Position numbers and translations under genes: made by a program. A stretch of 44,484 nt of DNA from an uncultured Gammaproteobacteria bacterium (GTDB lineage Bacteria > Patescibacteriota > Patescibacteriia > Magasanikbacterales > GWA2-37-8): positions 1-44,484 of the forward strand of contig CAYZHG010000100.1 in NCBI GenBank assembly GCA_964477455.1. The letters are read 5' to 3'. The notes under the pieces are model-generated. The model had not been told where the DNA came from. It saw only the letters and a program-made list of their open reading frames with translations, and searched no databases. Below are positions 8,520 through 17,780 of this stretch, piece after piece. How positions within the stretch are numbered: the first letter of the stretch is position 1; each line of letters opens with the position of its first letter.

Positions 8520-10264
8520 ATATTTTTAACTAAGTAAAAAACCACATCATCAAACAAATAAATAACTTTAACTAAAAAACTATCATCATTAGATCTCAAT
8601 CTTCTAACCATAACAAAACGCGCACCAATCCTTATAGCAAAAAGGCCATCTGTTAAAAATTTATCACCAATTACCAAAAATGGTAAACTCCTATCGTTTT
8701 TAATAAATTTTAAGATTTTAACATTTGGTTTTTTGTGTGGTATGTTCAAACAAGCAACTCCTGTAGCCAGAGTAATTTTATCAAATCTTTCAAAATTATT
8801 GTTATTTGAACAAAAATAAATTTCGTTGGATTTAGTTAATTCAATAATTTTTTCCAATATTTTATCGTCAATAAAATGTTGGCCATCATTAGTCACCGTA
8901 CCATCGATATCCAAAAATATTAAATTATCATTACCAACTGTGTCGGAATTTAATTCACTGAAATTGTTTTTTAATACAACAAAACCATTTTTTAAAATTA
9001 CTCTTCTAAATTCAATTAAAAATAAAACTATCGGCAATAACAACGGTATATAATGTCTCTCATAAGCAAAACCTATCAAAAATGGCGCGGAATAGAAAAA
9101 TATAAATCCTAAAAATAATATTGCCAGCACTTTTAACTCTTTGACTTTACTTTTTAAAAAAAACAAAGATACTGCTAAAGTGAGAAAGAACAAAAATCTT
9201 TGTATCACCATGAAAAATGTACCAAAGTATTTCAAAACTCCATCATAACGCTTTCCTCCCCACTCGATTCCAAATGGTCTTACTTCAAAAAAGAACGTTC
9301 CGGTTTTTATAAATGCTGATTTTATAAAGATCGCTGGATTTTTTTTAATAAATTCTTTAGCTTTAACTGTGTAATAATTATCTAATTCCCATTCATTAGT
9401 CATATTAAGTGGTGCTTCTACCATACCTTTCTGATCTAGAATATCCAAATTATATTTAGGATAATATTGTAACGTGTATTGATTATTTCCCTTATACAAA
9501 TTCCACCCATTCCAGGAAGATGACATTGTAAACCGCCCACTATTAACATAATTAAAACTTGACCATAAAATTACAAACAAAAACAACAACAGATATTGAA
9601 TTATTAATGAACGCATTTCTCTATGGCGAATAAAATATAATAATGGCAAAAATAAAGATAAATAGGTTAGTGAACTTTTAATAGAAAACAACAAAATAAC
9701 CAAAAACCCAAAAACAACTGACTCTATATTTGTTTTTCCTTGGCCATTGCTATTTTGGTGAAATAACAATAAATAGGAAACTAATGCTAATATTATCATT
9801 ACATACGGCTCTTCGTAATCGAGATTAAATCCATGTAAAATAAACTGCGGGGTTATGAGTACAAAAAGAATTAATAACAAAGAGAAATAATTTAAATTTT
9901 TTGTTAATATATTTTTAAAAATATAAATCAACGATAAACCAACAATAATATTTTTTACAAATAACAGCACAACAAGTTTTGAAGATACAAATGACAGCAA
10001 GTACAAAAATAGTGGGACAAACGGAAAACGGTGGGCATGAAAACAAACGGTGGGACAAACTTCATATCGACCAGTACTAATCAGACTGGTTACTAATTCA
10101 CCAAAACCATAATACATATTGGATATACTCTTGCCTGACAAATGCAGATATTTAACTAACACAAAAGAAACTAACAATACATACAATAACATCACAATAT
10201 AAATATATGATGGTTTGAATAAAAGATTAATACGTTTTTTGATATTTATTAACGAAAAAATCAT
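8507..10264 (-). CDS. Fusion protein: polytopic GT-C-like membrane domain (aa ~1-430) + C-terminal HAD-IIIA (YqeG-like) phosphatase domain (aa ~445-585)
   Basis: More than 10 hydrophobic segments, then LIFLDIDGTVTNDG (DxDGT), HKKPN and VIGDKFLTDG (the GDxxxTD motif of HAD-IIIA). It overlaps the UbiA gene by 13 nt. Confidence 0.7.
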   Translation of the reverse strand: MIFSLINIKKRINLLFKPSYIYIVMLLYVLLVSFVLVKYLHLSGKSISNMYYGFGELVTSLISTGRYEVCPTVCFHAHRFPFVPLFLYLLSFVSSKLVVLLFVKNIIVGLSLIYIFKNILTKNLNYFSLLLILFVLITPQFILHGFNLDYEEPYVMIILALVSYLLLFHQNSNGQGKTNIESVVFGFLVILLFSIKSSLTYLSLFLPLLYFIRHREMRSLIIQYLLLFLFVILWSSFNYVNSGRFTMSSSWNGWNLYKGNNQYTLQYYPKYNLDILDQKGMVEAPLNMTNEWELDNYYTVKAKEFIKKNPAIFIKSAFIKTGTFFFEVRPFGIEWGGKRYDGVLKYFGTFFMVIQRFLFFLTLAVSLFFLKSKVKELKVLAILFLGFIFFYSAPFLIGFAYERHYIPLLLPIVLFLIEFRRVILKNGFVVLKNNFSELNSDTVGNDNLIFLDIDGTVTNDGQHFIDDKILEKIIELTKSNEIYFCSNNNNFERFDKITLATGVACLNIPHKKPNVKILKFIKNDRSLPFLVIGDKFLTDGLFAIRIGARFVMVRRLRSNDDSFLVKVIYLFDDVVFYLVKNIWLI

Positions 10265-11502
10265 ATTTTATTTTTTGAATCAATGACCTCCTGATATAAA
10301 TCGCAATATTGTTTAGAAACATTTTTTAAATCAAATTTCACCATCGCAGACTCTCTTATTGTATTAGAAAAAAAATCAAAGTTTTTTAATGACCAATTAA
10401 TTCCAACAGCTAAACTAGATGGATCAAATGATTTTGCCAACCAACCAGTTACTTTGTGTTGAATCATATCTGGCATGCCGCCTATATCAAATGCCACTAC
10501 TGGAATATTACAAGCCATAGCTTCAACTACCATATTTGATAAATTCTCTTGCAAAGATGGCATTACCAAAACATCCGCTGCGGAATATGCCGCCATTAAC
10601 AAATTTTCATTATTTATCTCGCCTAAATAATGCACTTTAAAATTTTTAATAACATCAGAATTATTTTTATTTTTTTTACCAAAAACTAATAACTCAAAAT
10701 CATTAGCTAACAAATAATCAAGTGACTGTAAGAAAAGATCGTAACCTTTTCTTTTGTCTTTATCAACTTGAACTGCACCAAATAGAACAATTTTTTTATC
10801 TAGAGGTAAATTTAATTTTTTTCTAGCAACTTGTTTACCAACTGGTTTAAAAAAATTAAAATCTAACCCATTTGGAATCACCCGAATATCTTTGCCTTTT
10901 AAAAGTGAACTACTACGAGCACACTCAGCCAACCAATTGCTTGGAGCAACAAAATGTATGTTTAAATCTTTCCAAGATTTTTCTTTTCTTTTCAAAATAT
11001 TATAAGATAAATCATTGCCATTGTTTGAACCTAATAATGGACAACTACCACATGATTCTTTAAAACGACCACAATTATTATCATAATGACACCCTCCTGT
11101 AAAAGCCCACATATCATGCATAGTCCAAATTATCGGCGATTTAAAACTAGCAAGTCCCTCTATATTTATAAAACCACTATTAATCCAATGTAAATTAATT
11201 ATATCTGGATTTAAAATATTAATTTTTTTTATCACTCTGGATGGAACTAAACCTACGGAAAAAATTTCTTTATTCCAACCTGGGTGTTTTAATAATATCA
11301 AATAATCTAATGCTTGTTTTAAGCGTGCAAAAATTTTACCCACTAATCCAGATTGGCCGAAAACATTTGTATCCTTAGATAATTTACGTAACACAAACAT
11401 GGAAGAGTCATTTCCTTTTTCTTTTAACCCCTGATGTAAACGATATGCCGCTCTTGCCGCTCCACCTCGTGTATCGTAAGTATTAATAATTGCCACCTTC
11501 AT
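10261..11502 (-). CDS. GT4-family (GT-B fold) glycosyltransferase
   Basis: MKVAIINTYDTRGGAARAAYRL N-terminus and the C-terminal EX7E region PSLQENLSNMVVEAMACNIPVVAFDIGGMPDMI. Confidence 0.85.
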   Translation of the reverse strand: MKVAIINTYDTRGGAARAAYRLHQGLKEKGNDSSMFVLRKLSKDTNVFGQSGLVGKIFARLKQALDYLILLKHPGWNKEIFSVGLVPSRVIKKINILNPDIINLHWINSGFINIEGLASFKSPIIWTMHDMWAFTGGCHYDNNCGRFKESCGSCPLLGSNNGNDLSYNILKRKEKSWKDLNIHFVAPSNWLAECARSSSLLKGKDIRVIPNGLDFNFFKPVGKQVARKKLNLPLDKKIVLFGAVQVDKDKRKGYDLFLQSLDYLLANDFELLVFGKKNKNNSDVIKNFKVHYLGEINNENLLMAAYSAADVLVMPSLQENLSNMVVEAMACNIPVVAFDIGGMPDMIQHKVTGWLAKSFDPSSLAVGINWSLKNFDFFSNTIRESAMVKFDLKNVSKQYCDLYQEVIDSKNKI

Positions 11503-11508
11503 ATATAA

Positions 11509-12468
11509 TTAAACTTTTTTTCTAAATAATAGAAATATTTTTTTTGCATATTTATAAAGGCCAACCTTCTTTAGTATCCATATATATACAAACCTAGAAG
11601 AAAAAAGACCGAACACTTTTCTGTTTGTAAATTCGTCAGCATCTACATTTCGCACAATTGTACTAGGATGCACTAAAGGAAAAGATAGCTCTTGCCTCTC
11701 TATTATCATTTCTTTTATTATTATATTTGTATGTGTCGCTTGATTACCAAAACCGATATTTTTTACCAAATTCACATTTGGAATACAAGAAAGACCGGAA
11801 TTATATAGAACACAATAAAACCAAGAAAAATCCCATGTATCAACTCTGCCAAAAATAACGTCTTTAAAATTACTAATCCAATAGAGTTGATCACCAGGTG
11901 CTTTAAAATATTTATTAATAATATCTTTTTTTTCAAATTCAGAAAAAGTCGACATCGTAAGATCATATTTTTTCCAAGCTCGACGCCAAGTTGCCCAACC
12001 CCAAACATGATTAAACATAGAAAAATAATAACTCGCCTCACCTCGTTTTGTGCCATTTTGAAAATTACTTCCACCAATATGCATGACCTGTTCATTATCA
12101 CGATATTTGTCCAGCAACTCCTCACAAAAATAAAAAAACGATTGATCTGGAAGACAATCATCTTCTAAGACAATCCCTTCTTCTACATTATAAAAAAACC
12201 AATTAATTGCCGAACTAACCGCCAATTTACAACCTAAATTTTTATCTCTATATAATGTATGCACCTCACACGGCCAATCAATATTTTTTGTCACAAAATC
12301 ACGCACCGCTATTACCTGCTCACCCTCTCCTTGTCTTTCTAAACGTGGACCATCACTAGCAACAAAAAGTTTTGCTGGTTTAATTTTTTTTATTTCTGAA
12401 AAAACTAGATCAGTCGTGTCTAATCGATTAAATATGAGAAACAAAATTGGTACATTAAATAATTCCAT
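11509..12468 (-). CDS. GT-A fold glycosyltransferase, GNT-I/HlpA-like
   Basis: VPILFLIFNRLDTT...FVASDGPR...KNLGCKLAVSSAINWFF...GIVLEDDCLP (EDD). Start set at Met17 (12468) so that it follows the upstream stop at 12476. Confidence 0.6.
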   Translation of the reverse strand: MELFNVPILFLIFNRLDTTDLVFSEIKKIKPAKLFVASDGPRLERQGEGEQVIAVRDFVTKNIDWPCEVHTLYRDKNLGCKLAVSSAINWFFYNVEEGIVLEDDCLPDQSFFYFCEELLDKYRDNEQVMHIGGSNFQNGTKRGEASYYFSMFNHVWGWATWRRAWKKYDLTMSTFSEFEKKDIINKYFKAPGDQLYWISNFKDVIFGRVDTWDFSWFYCVLYNSGLSCIPNVNLVKNIGFGNQATHTNIIIKEMIIERQELSFPLVHPSTIVRNVDADEFTNRKVFGLFSSRFVYIWILKKVGLYKYAKKIFLLFRKKV

Positions 12469-12475
12469 ATATTTA

Positions 12476-13255
12476 TTATCTATAATTAGAATTTTTTTTC
12501 TCCAAAACCCAATCAATAAAATCAGCGGCGGCCAACTGAAATTTATTTAAGTATCGCGATCTAACGGTTTTTTTATTTTGAATTGTTCGCTGACGATTTT
12601 GAATATTAGATGATTCTGACCCAAAATGTACACAGTAATTACTTACTATTCTATCAAAAAATAACCAACTTGTCTTATCTTTAATTCTAAACCACAGATC
12701 AGAATCCATTGCAGACTTTAGTTTTTCATCAAAATAACCAAATTTATTAAATACGTCTTTTTTGATAAAGACACCTTGATGAGGTATGTAATTGTAATAA
12801 TTTAATAATTTCTTTCCAAATATAAATTTGCTATTGTTTTGATAAATTTTCTTTGATGGAAAAATCCCTATACTTTTATTTGATTCTTCCACAACATTAA
12901 TTTTACCATAAATCCAATCCAGCTTATTTTTAGACAAAAAATAACATGCATCAGCCAAAACATTGTTGTCATACAGGCTATCATCAGAATGAAGGTGAAT
13001 GATATATTCTCCACTAGATCTTTTTATACCCTCGTTCATAGCACTAGAAATTCCCTTCGGTTCAATTTGAAAAAATTTAACAACATCAGGATGCTTAATC
13101 TGATAATTCTTAATTATTTCTGCTGTCCCATCAGTAGAATAACCATCTATAAAAATATGCTCAAAATCAGTAAAAGACTGATTTGAAACACTGCTTATAT
13201 TACGCTCTATAAATTTTATACTATTATACGTACAAGTAATAATTGAAAATTTCAT
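12476..13255 (-). CDS. GT2-family glycosyltransferase
   Basis: MKFSIITCTYNSIKFIERNISSVSNQSFTDFEHIFIDGYSTDGT...HLHSDD. Confidence 0.85.
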   Translation of the reverse strand: MKFSIITCTYNSIKFIERNISSVSNQSFTDFEHIFIDGYSTDGTAEIIKNYQIKHPDVVKFFQIEPKGISSAMNEGIKRSSGEYIIHLHSDDSLYDNNVLADACYFLSKNKLDWIYGKINVVEESNKSIGIFPSKKIYQNNSKFIFGKKLLNYYNYIPHQGVFIKKDVFNKFGYFDEKLKSAMDSDLWFRIKDKTSWLFFDRIVSNYCVHFGSESSNIQNRQRTIQNKKTVRSRYLNKFQLAAADFIDWVLEKKNSNYR

Positions 13256-13260
13256 TTGGA

Positions 13261-14184
13261 TTAAGATAATTTTTTTTTACAAAACCTTAATAACAAATAA
13301 AGATTATTTATTATTTTATTATTACGGTTTGAAATAATTTTAAGTATTATTCTTCTTTTAATTCTATAAAATTTCATCTTTGCAACTAAGCCAAAAGACA
13401 TGTATTGTTTATTGAAAGTCAATATATTATTATAATGATTAATGACTAATTGCTCTGTAAAAAACTCATGTTTTATCTTATCACTTGGTCCCCACGAAAC
13501 ATTGTCTCCCCTATACATAACGATAGGACTAGCGATAATTACAAAAGAAAAATCAGAATTTGTATAATAAATCGGTAAATGAAATGGATAAAGGTCAAGC
13601 GGAGAATTATATTTTTCTATAATAAACAAACCATTAATAAATATATCTCTTTTAATGATGTAATCTGACAAGAAAGTAAAGAAAAAATCATTGCAATAAT
13701 AATGGTTATTTATAAAATCAAATAAGTCTTTCTTGTCTTTTAAAAATAGGTTTTTATTAACACCAAAATTATTAGTAGAAATAATCTTATCGTCTATAAA
13801 AGTACTTGTGTTACAGAAAATAACGTCACTTTTATATTTTTCAATAGCACCAATAACGGCCGATAGTGAGTTTGTATTATGTTTATCGTCATCTGAAAAA
13901 AACCAAATATAATCACCGTTAGCTAAAGTTCCAACCTTAATTTGTCCACCCGCAATACCTCGTTTTTCCGTATCTACACAATATCTAATATTTTTATATT
14001 TATCTGAGAATACTCCAACAACATCACTAGTTTTATCTTGACTAATATTATCCAAAATGACCACTTCAACCTTATTCATGAGTGCTTTATCTTCAAACTG
14101 GGTTACTATACTTTCAAGACATTCTCTCAAAAAATCTGCCCTATTATATGTTGGTATACAAATACTAATTAAAGGTTTTTCCAT
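13261..14184 (-). CDS. GT2-family glycosyltransferase
   Basis: ISICIPTYNRADFLRECLESIVTQ...VVILDNISQDKT...FFSDDD. Confidence 0.8.
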   Translation of the reverse strand: MEKPLISICIPTYNRADFLRECLESIVTQFEDKALMNKVEVVILDNISQDKTSDVVGVFSDKYKNIRYCVDTEKRGIAGGQIKVGTLANGDYIWFFSDDDKHNTNSLSAVIGAIEKYKSDVIFCNTSTFIDDKIISTNNFGVNKNLFLKDKKDLFDFINNHYYCNDFFFTFLSDYIIKRDIFINGLFIIEKYNSPLDLYPFHLPIYYTNSDFSFVIIASPIVMYRGDNVSWGPSDKIKHEFFTEQLVINHYNNILTFNKQYMSFGLVAKMKFYRIKRRIILKIISNRNNKIINNLYLLLRFCKKKLS

Positions 14185-14206
14185 ACTAAATAATTAATTG
14201 TAAATG

Positions 14207-15163
14207 TTAATAATGAACAAGCGTACTATACTTATTTTCAAAAAAAACTTTCTTATCAAAATAATAACCCCAATCTATGTTGTCATTAAAAACGATAAAA
14301 GGAATGTTTCCATAGTACGAGGCAAAAGCCCCAAATGTACTATCCGATCCAATAATCACATCAGTCGAGGCCAAAGTAAATAGATCGTCTACTACACCAC
14401 CGATACTAAATACAGTATTCAATCCAGAAAAAAAGCTACCGTCAATTTGGCCGTCGGAACAAAGTATAAAAACGGTTTCATTGCTATTGTATTTTAATTC
14501 TATAATCAACTTATCTAATTGTTTTTTTATTTTTTCTTGAGAAAAATATAAGCTACCACCCATCCAAGTTTTGTAATCACCCTGACGAATATGCACACCT
14601 ACTATATGTTTATATTTATTTCTTAGTGTCGATACAAAAGATTTAACCCTACGCTCAATATTCGACTTTGGACGAAAGTAATCGACTGCTTGTTTATGAT
14701 ACTTATTTAGTCCAACTGGATTTCTAAACATCCAACCATCTAAAAATAATTTTATTTGGTCATCGGAAGACTCAAACTCATCCATCTCGCGATCAGTATT
14801 TTTTGTCGGCAACAAATAATGAATAATTGGATTAATACTGTCTGGCGCAAATACCACAATATTTGTATTATTCTCAACTTTTTTTACATAAGAACAATAA
14901 AATTTATATACATAACGATAGAATTTTCCACGTAATTTAATAGGTATAAAAAATTTAAGAAAATTGTATAAGTTAAAAAATATAAAATTTACAAACAAAC
15001 TTTTTGACTTAATATTAAAAAACGGTGCATATTCAAAAAAAGATTGATTATCTATGACATACCCTTTTTCTAAACAATAGGCATATACACTAACAAACAG
15101 CCAAAGTTGATTTGCCAATCTACCGCCATTGTGATTTAAAATGATAACCATTTTTGTTTGCAT
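14207..15163 (-). CDS. GT11-like alpha-1,2-fucosyltransferase candidate
   Basis: N-terminal GGRLANQLWLF (cf. GGLGNQ[ML]FQY), VGVHIRQGDY (cf. the HxRRGDY motif) and IGSDSTFGAFASYY (cf. SNSTFSWWAAYL). GDP-fucose genes are present in the same operon. Confidence 0.55.
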   Translation of the reverse strand: MQTKMVIILNHNGGRLANQLWLFVSVYAYCLEKGYVIDNQSFFEYAPFFNIKSKSLFVNFIFFNLYNFLKFFIPIKLRGKFYRYVYKFYCSYVKKVENNTNIVVFAPDSINPIIHYLLPTKNTDREMDEFESSDDQIKLFLDGWMFRNPVGLNKYHKQAVDYFRPKSNIERRVKSFVSTLRNKYKHIVGVHIRQGDYKTWMGGSLYFSQEKIKKQLDKLIIELKYNSNETVFILCSDGQIDGSFFSGLNTVFSIGGVVDDLFTLASTDVIIGSDSTFGAFASYYGNIPFIVFNDNIDWGYYFDKKVFFENKYSTLVHY

Positions 15164-15166
15164 AAA

Positions 15167-16084
15167 TTATTTTTTTCTACTTCGTTTTATATATTCAATA
15201 GTTTTTTGAAGACCGTCTTTCAAAGATGTGTTCGGCGACCAATTTAAAATCTGACTAACCTTACTAATGTCCGAATAAAAATTTAAGGGGCCGTTTGATT
15301 TTTTATTTAATGTATAATATTTTACTCCAAGCTGCGAAGCAATCTCTGAAACTATTTCTTCTACACTCGCTCCTATACCGCTCCCCAGATTTAATATACC
15401 ACTATAATCAACAAATAATGAAGAAACAATTGCGCTAGCAGCGTCTTCTGAATATACCCAATCTCTTCTAGGGGAAAAATCAAAAACTTCAATTTTTCCA
15501 TCATCAATCGCTTGAGTAATTTTACTTGGGATAAGAAATGTAGAATTTTCAATTTTTTGATATGGACCGTAAATATTAGATAATCTAAAAATAATCATTG
15601 GTAATTTAAATTTTTCACGGTAAAAATTAGCATAATTTTCAGAGACACCTTTAGTAAAGCTATAGTTGGAGTAATTATAATACAACTTAGAGTCCTCTGT
15701 AACCGGTGAAATTGCGAGATTGTCGTATATGATTGCACTAGACAAATGAACCATTTTTTTTAATTGTTTTTGTGTTAAAGAAAAATCTAATAATTTCTTT
15801 GTAAAGGTTATATTAATCTCCTGAGCCAAATTAAAATCCTGACATTCTTTATCGTGAGAAAGTGCCAATAAATTAATAATATAATCAAATTGTAAATTAT
15901 CAAGATCACTAAAATTAAAATTTTCAGCTAAACATTTTAAATTTTTAACACCAGGTATTTCTAAGGGAGTGCGAGATAAATTATAAATTTCGATATTTTT
16001 GTTTTGTTCAGACAATAGACTAATAACATTCTGACCCACAAAACCACTACCACCGGTAATTAATATTTTAGATATCATAAACAA
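15167..16084 (-). CDS. Extended-SDR NAD(P)-dependent sugar epimerase/reductase (candidate ColC-type 3,5-epimerase/4-reductase)
   Basis: KILITGGSGFVGQNV, catalytic YSFTK, 305 aa. It lies immediately downstream of the ColD-like gene. Confidence 0.75.
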   Translation of the reverse strand: MFMISKILITGGSGFVGQNVISLLSEQNKNIEIYNLSRTPLEIPGVKNLKCLAENFNFSDLDNLQFDYIINLLALSHDKECQDFNLAQEINITFTKKLLDFSLTQKQLKKMVHLSSAIIYDNLAISPVTEDSKLYYNYSNYSFTKGVSENYANFYREKFKLPMIIFRLSNIYGPYQKIENSTFLIPSKITQAIDDGKIEVFDFSPRRDWVYSEDAASAIVSSLFVDYSGILNLGSGIGASVEEIVSEIASQLGVKYYTLNKKSNGPLNFYSDISKVSQILNWSPNTSLKDGLQKTIEYIKRSRKK

Positions 16085-16100
16085 TCAACGATAGATCACA

Positions 16101-17267
16101 TTATTTAACTAATAACTTTGAAATATATTTTAATTCCTCTTCTGTCAAATCTGGATTATTCCCAAAATAAAAACCATTTTTGTGAATAAAATCAGACGCT
16201 TTGCATTCAATAATATTTTTCACATACTTTTTGTAAAACGGATGCTTGTTTATGCTGCCAGCAATTATCGGCCTAATTTCAATTCCTGCTTTAAAAAATC
16301 GGTCTTTATATAACTCAAATTTATTCTTATCTTTTAAAATTAAAGGTATTGCAAAACTCGAAATAAAGCTCATATTATCGAATTTTAATTTTAAAAAATC
16401 ATCATTAGCCTCTATGCTACTAACAAAGAATTTATAATTTTCATATCTTTTTTGAATAATTTCATCCAAATATTTTAACTGTACATTTCCTAAAAATCCA
16501 GTTATTTCTGTAGGACGCAAATTAAATCCTAAATCATAAAATGTATATGTGGCATAGAAACTATCAACATTATTTTCCTCACGTAATTCTTTTCTTTTTT
16601 CTTCATCCAAATGTCTATCCCAACCGTGAGCCCTAACCATTTTTATCATATCAGACAATTCTTTATTATCGGTACAAACCATACCACCTTCCACCGTAGA
16701 CATGTGATGCCCAACAAAAAAAGAAAAAGTTGAGGCAAAACCAAAATTTCCTAACAACCGACCGTTACATTGACTGCCTAAGGATTCGCAATTGTCTTCT
16801 AATAACAAAATATCATTTTTTTCACAATAATCTTTAATTTCAGTCAAATTATCACAGAATCCTAGTGTATTGGTAATAAAAAAACATTTTAAATCAGAAT
16901 GCTTTTTTAGATTATCTAAATTGACATTAAGTGTTTCCAAACTACAATCTATTTCTACCGGCGTTAAACCTAATTGAATAATCGGCATTACATTGGTAGC
17001 CCAAGTTAAATTAGAAAAACCAACCCTATCACCATGTTTTAGTTGCCCTAAATTTAACAACGCTTGTATGAGAGCCAAATTAGCAGAGCTACCACTATTA
17101 AATAATATTGAATATTTTCTATCGTGCCATTTAGAAAAATTTTTCTCAAAATTTACACACTCTGTATTCATACTAAAAATTTTCGCGCTTCTCACAAATT
17201 CTGCTAATTTTTCCTGGGTATCTCTTTCGTTATAAAATGAATTTTTAATTAATTTTATATTCATCAT
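16101..17267 (-). CDS. colD: PLP/PMP-dependent GDP-4-keto-6-deoxy-D-mannose 3-dehydratase-like enzyme (ColD-like, DegT superfamily)
   Basis: Recalled E. coli ColD blocks match: NSGSSANL, LLEDNCESLG, SFFVGHHMSTVEGG (His-His where aminotransferases have the Schiff-base Lys), RAHGWDR, GFNLRPTE, AGIEIRPIIAG, NGFYFGN. Start moved to Met7 (17267), just after the Nudix gene stop. Confidence 0.72.
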   Translation of the reverse strand: MMNIKLIKNSFYNERDTQEKLAEFVRSAKIFSMNTECVNFEKNFSKWHDRKYSILFNSGSSANLALIQALLNLGQLKHGDRVGFSNLTWATNVMPIIQLGLTPVEIDCSLETLNVNLDNLKKHSDLKCFFITNTLGFCDNLTEIKDYCEKNDILLLEDNCESLGSQCNGRLLGNFGFASTFSFFVGHHMSTVEGGMVCTDNKELSDMIKMVRAHGWDRHLDEEKRKELREENNVDSFYATYTFYDLGFNLRPTEITGFLGNVQLKYLDEIIQKRYENYKFFVSSIEANDDFLKLKFDNMSFISSFAIPLILKDKNKFELYKDRFFKAGIEIRPIIAGSINKHPFYKKYVKNIIECKASDFIHKNGFYFGNNPDLTEEELKYISKLLVK

Positions 17268-17271
17268 ACAA

Positions 17272-17775
17272 TTATTTTTGTTCAAAATTAAGATAAATAG
17301 CTGAAGTTTTAAATTTTAAAGCTTTAATTTTATCGATAGTAACCATCACAAACTTTACTATATTTTTTTCCTTTCCATTTTTCCATTCAAAGTTAGAGCT
17401 TTCGGAACTTAATTTAATATTAAAGTTATCCATATCATCAACTTCATATAGAAATGAAGCATTTATTGTGTGACTACTAATATTTTCAAAGACAGAATTT
17501 TTAAAAAAAGTATTGGTGACACCAAAAAAATGTAGCTTGTTTTTTTTAATATTGACGGTTAGTTCTTCTCTCACCTTTCTTATAGCGGCATTAAGCAGAT
17601 CTTCTCCTTTTAAGACCCGCCCACCAGGACAACAATATTTGTTTTTTTCTGGTTCATTATTTCTTTTTACAAGCAAAAAACTCTTCGTTTTTTTACTATA
17701 TATGTAAACATCCACACAAAAAATTGGAATGTTATCCAAAATTTTTTTATATAAATTATCTGGCAAATAACTCAT
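17272..17775 (-). CDS. Nudix hydrolase, GDP-mannose mannosyl hydrolase (Gmm/WcaH)-like
   Basis: Nudix box PGGRVLKGEDLLNAAIRKVREELTV, about 165 aa. The layout resembles E. coli Gmm ([26 protein letters not shown]). Confidence 0.7.
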   Translation of the reverse strand: MSYLPDNLYKKILDNIPIFCVDVYIYSKKTKSFLLVKRNNEPEKNKYCCPGGRVLKGEDLLNAAIRKVREELTVNIKKNKLHFFGVTNTFFKNSVFENISSHTINASFLYEVDDMDNFNIKLSSESSNFEWKNGKEKNIVKFVMVTIDKIKALKFKTSAIYLNFEQK

Positions 17776-17780
17776 AAAAA

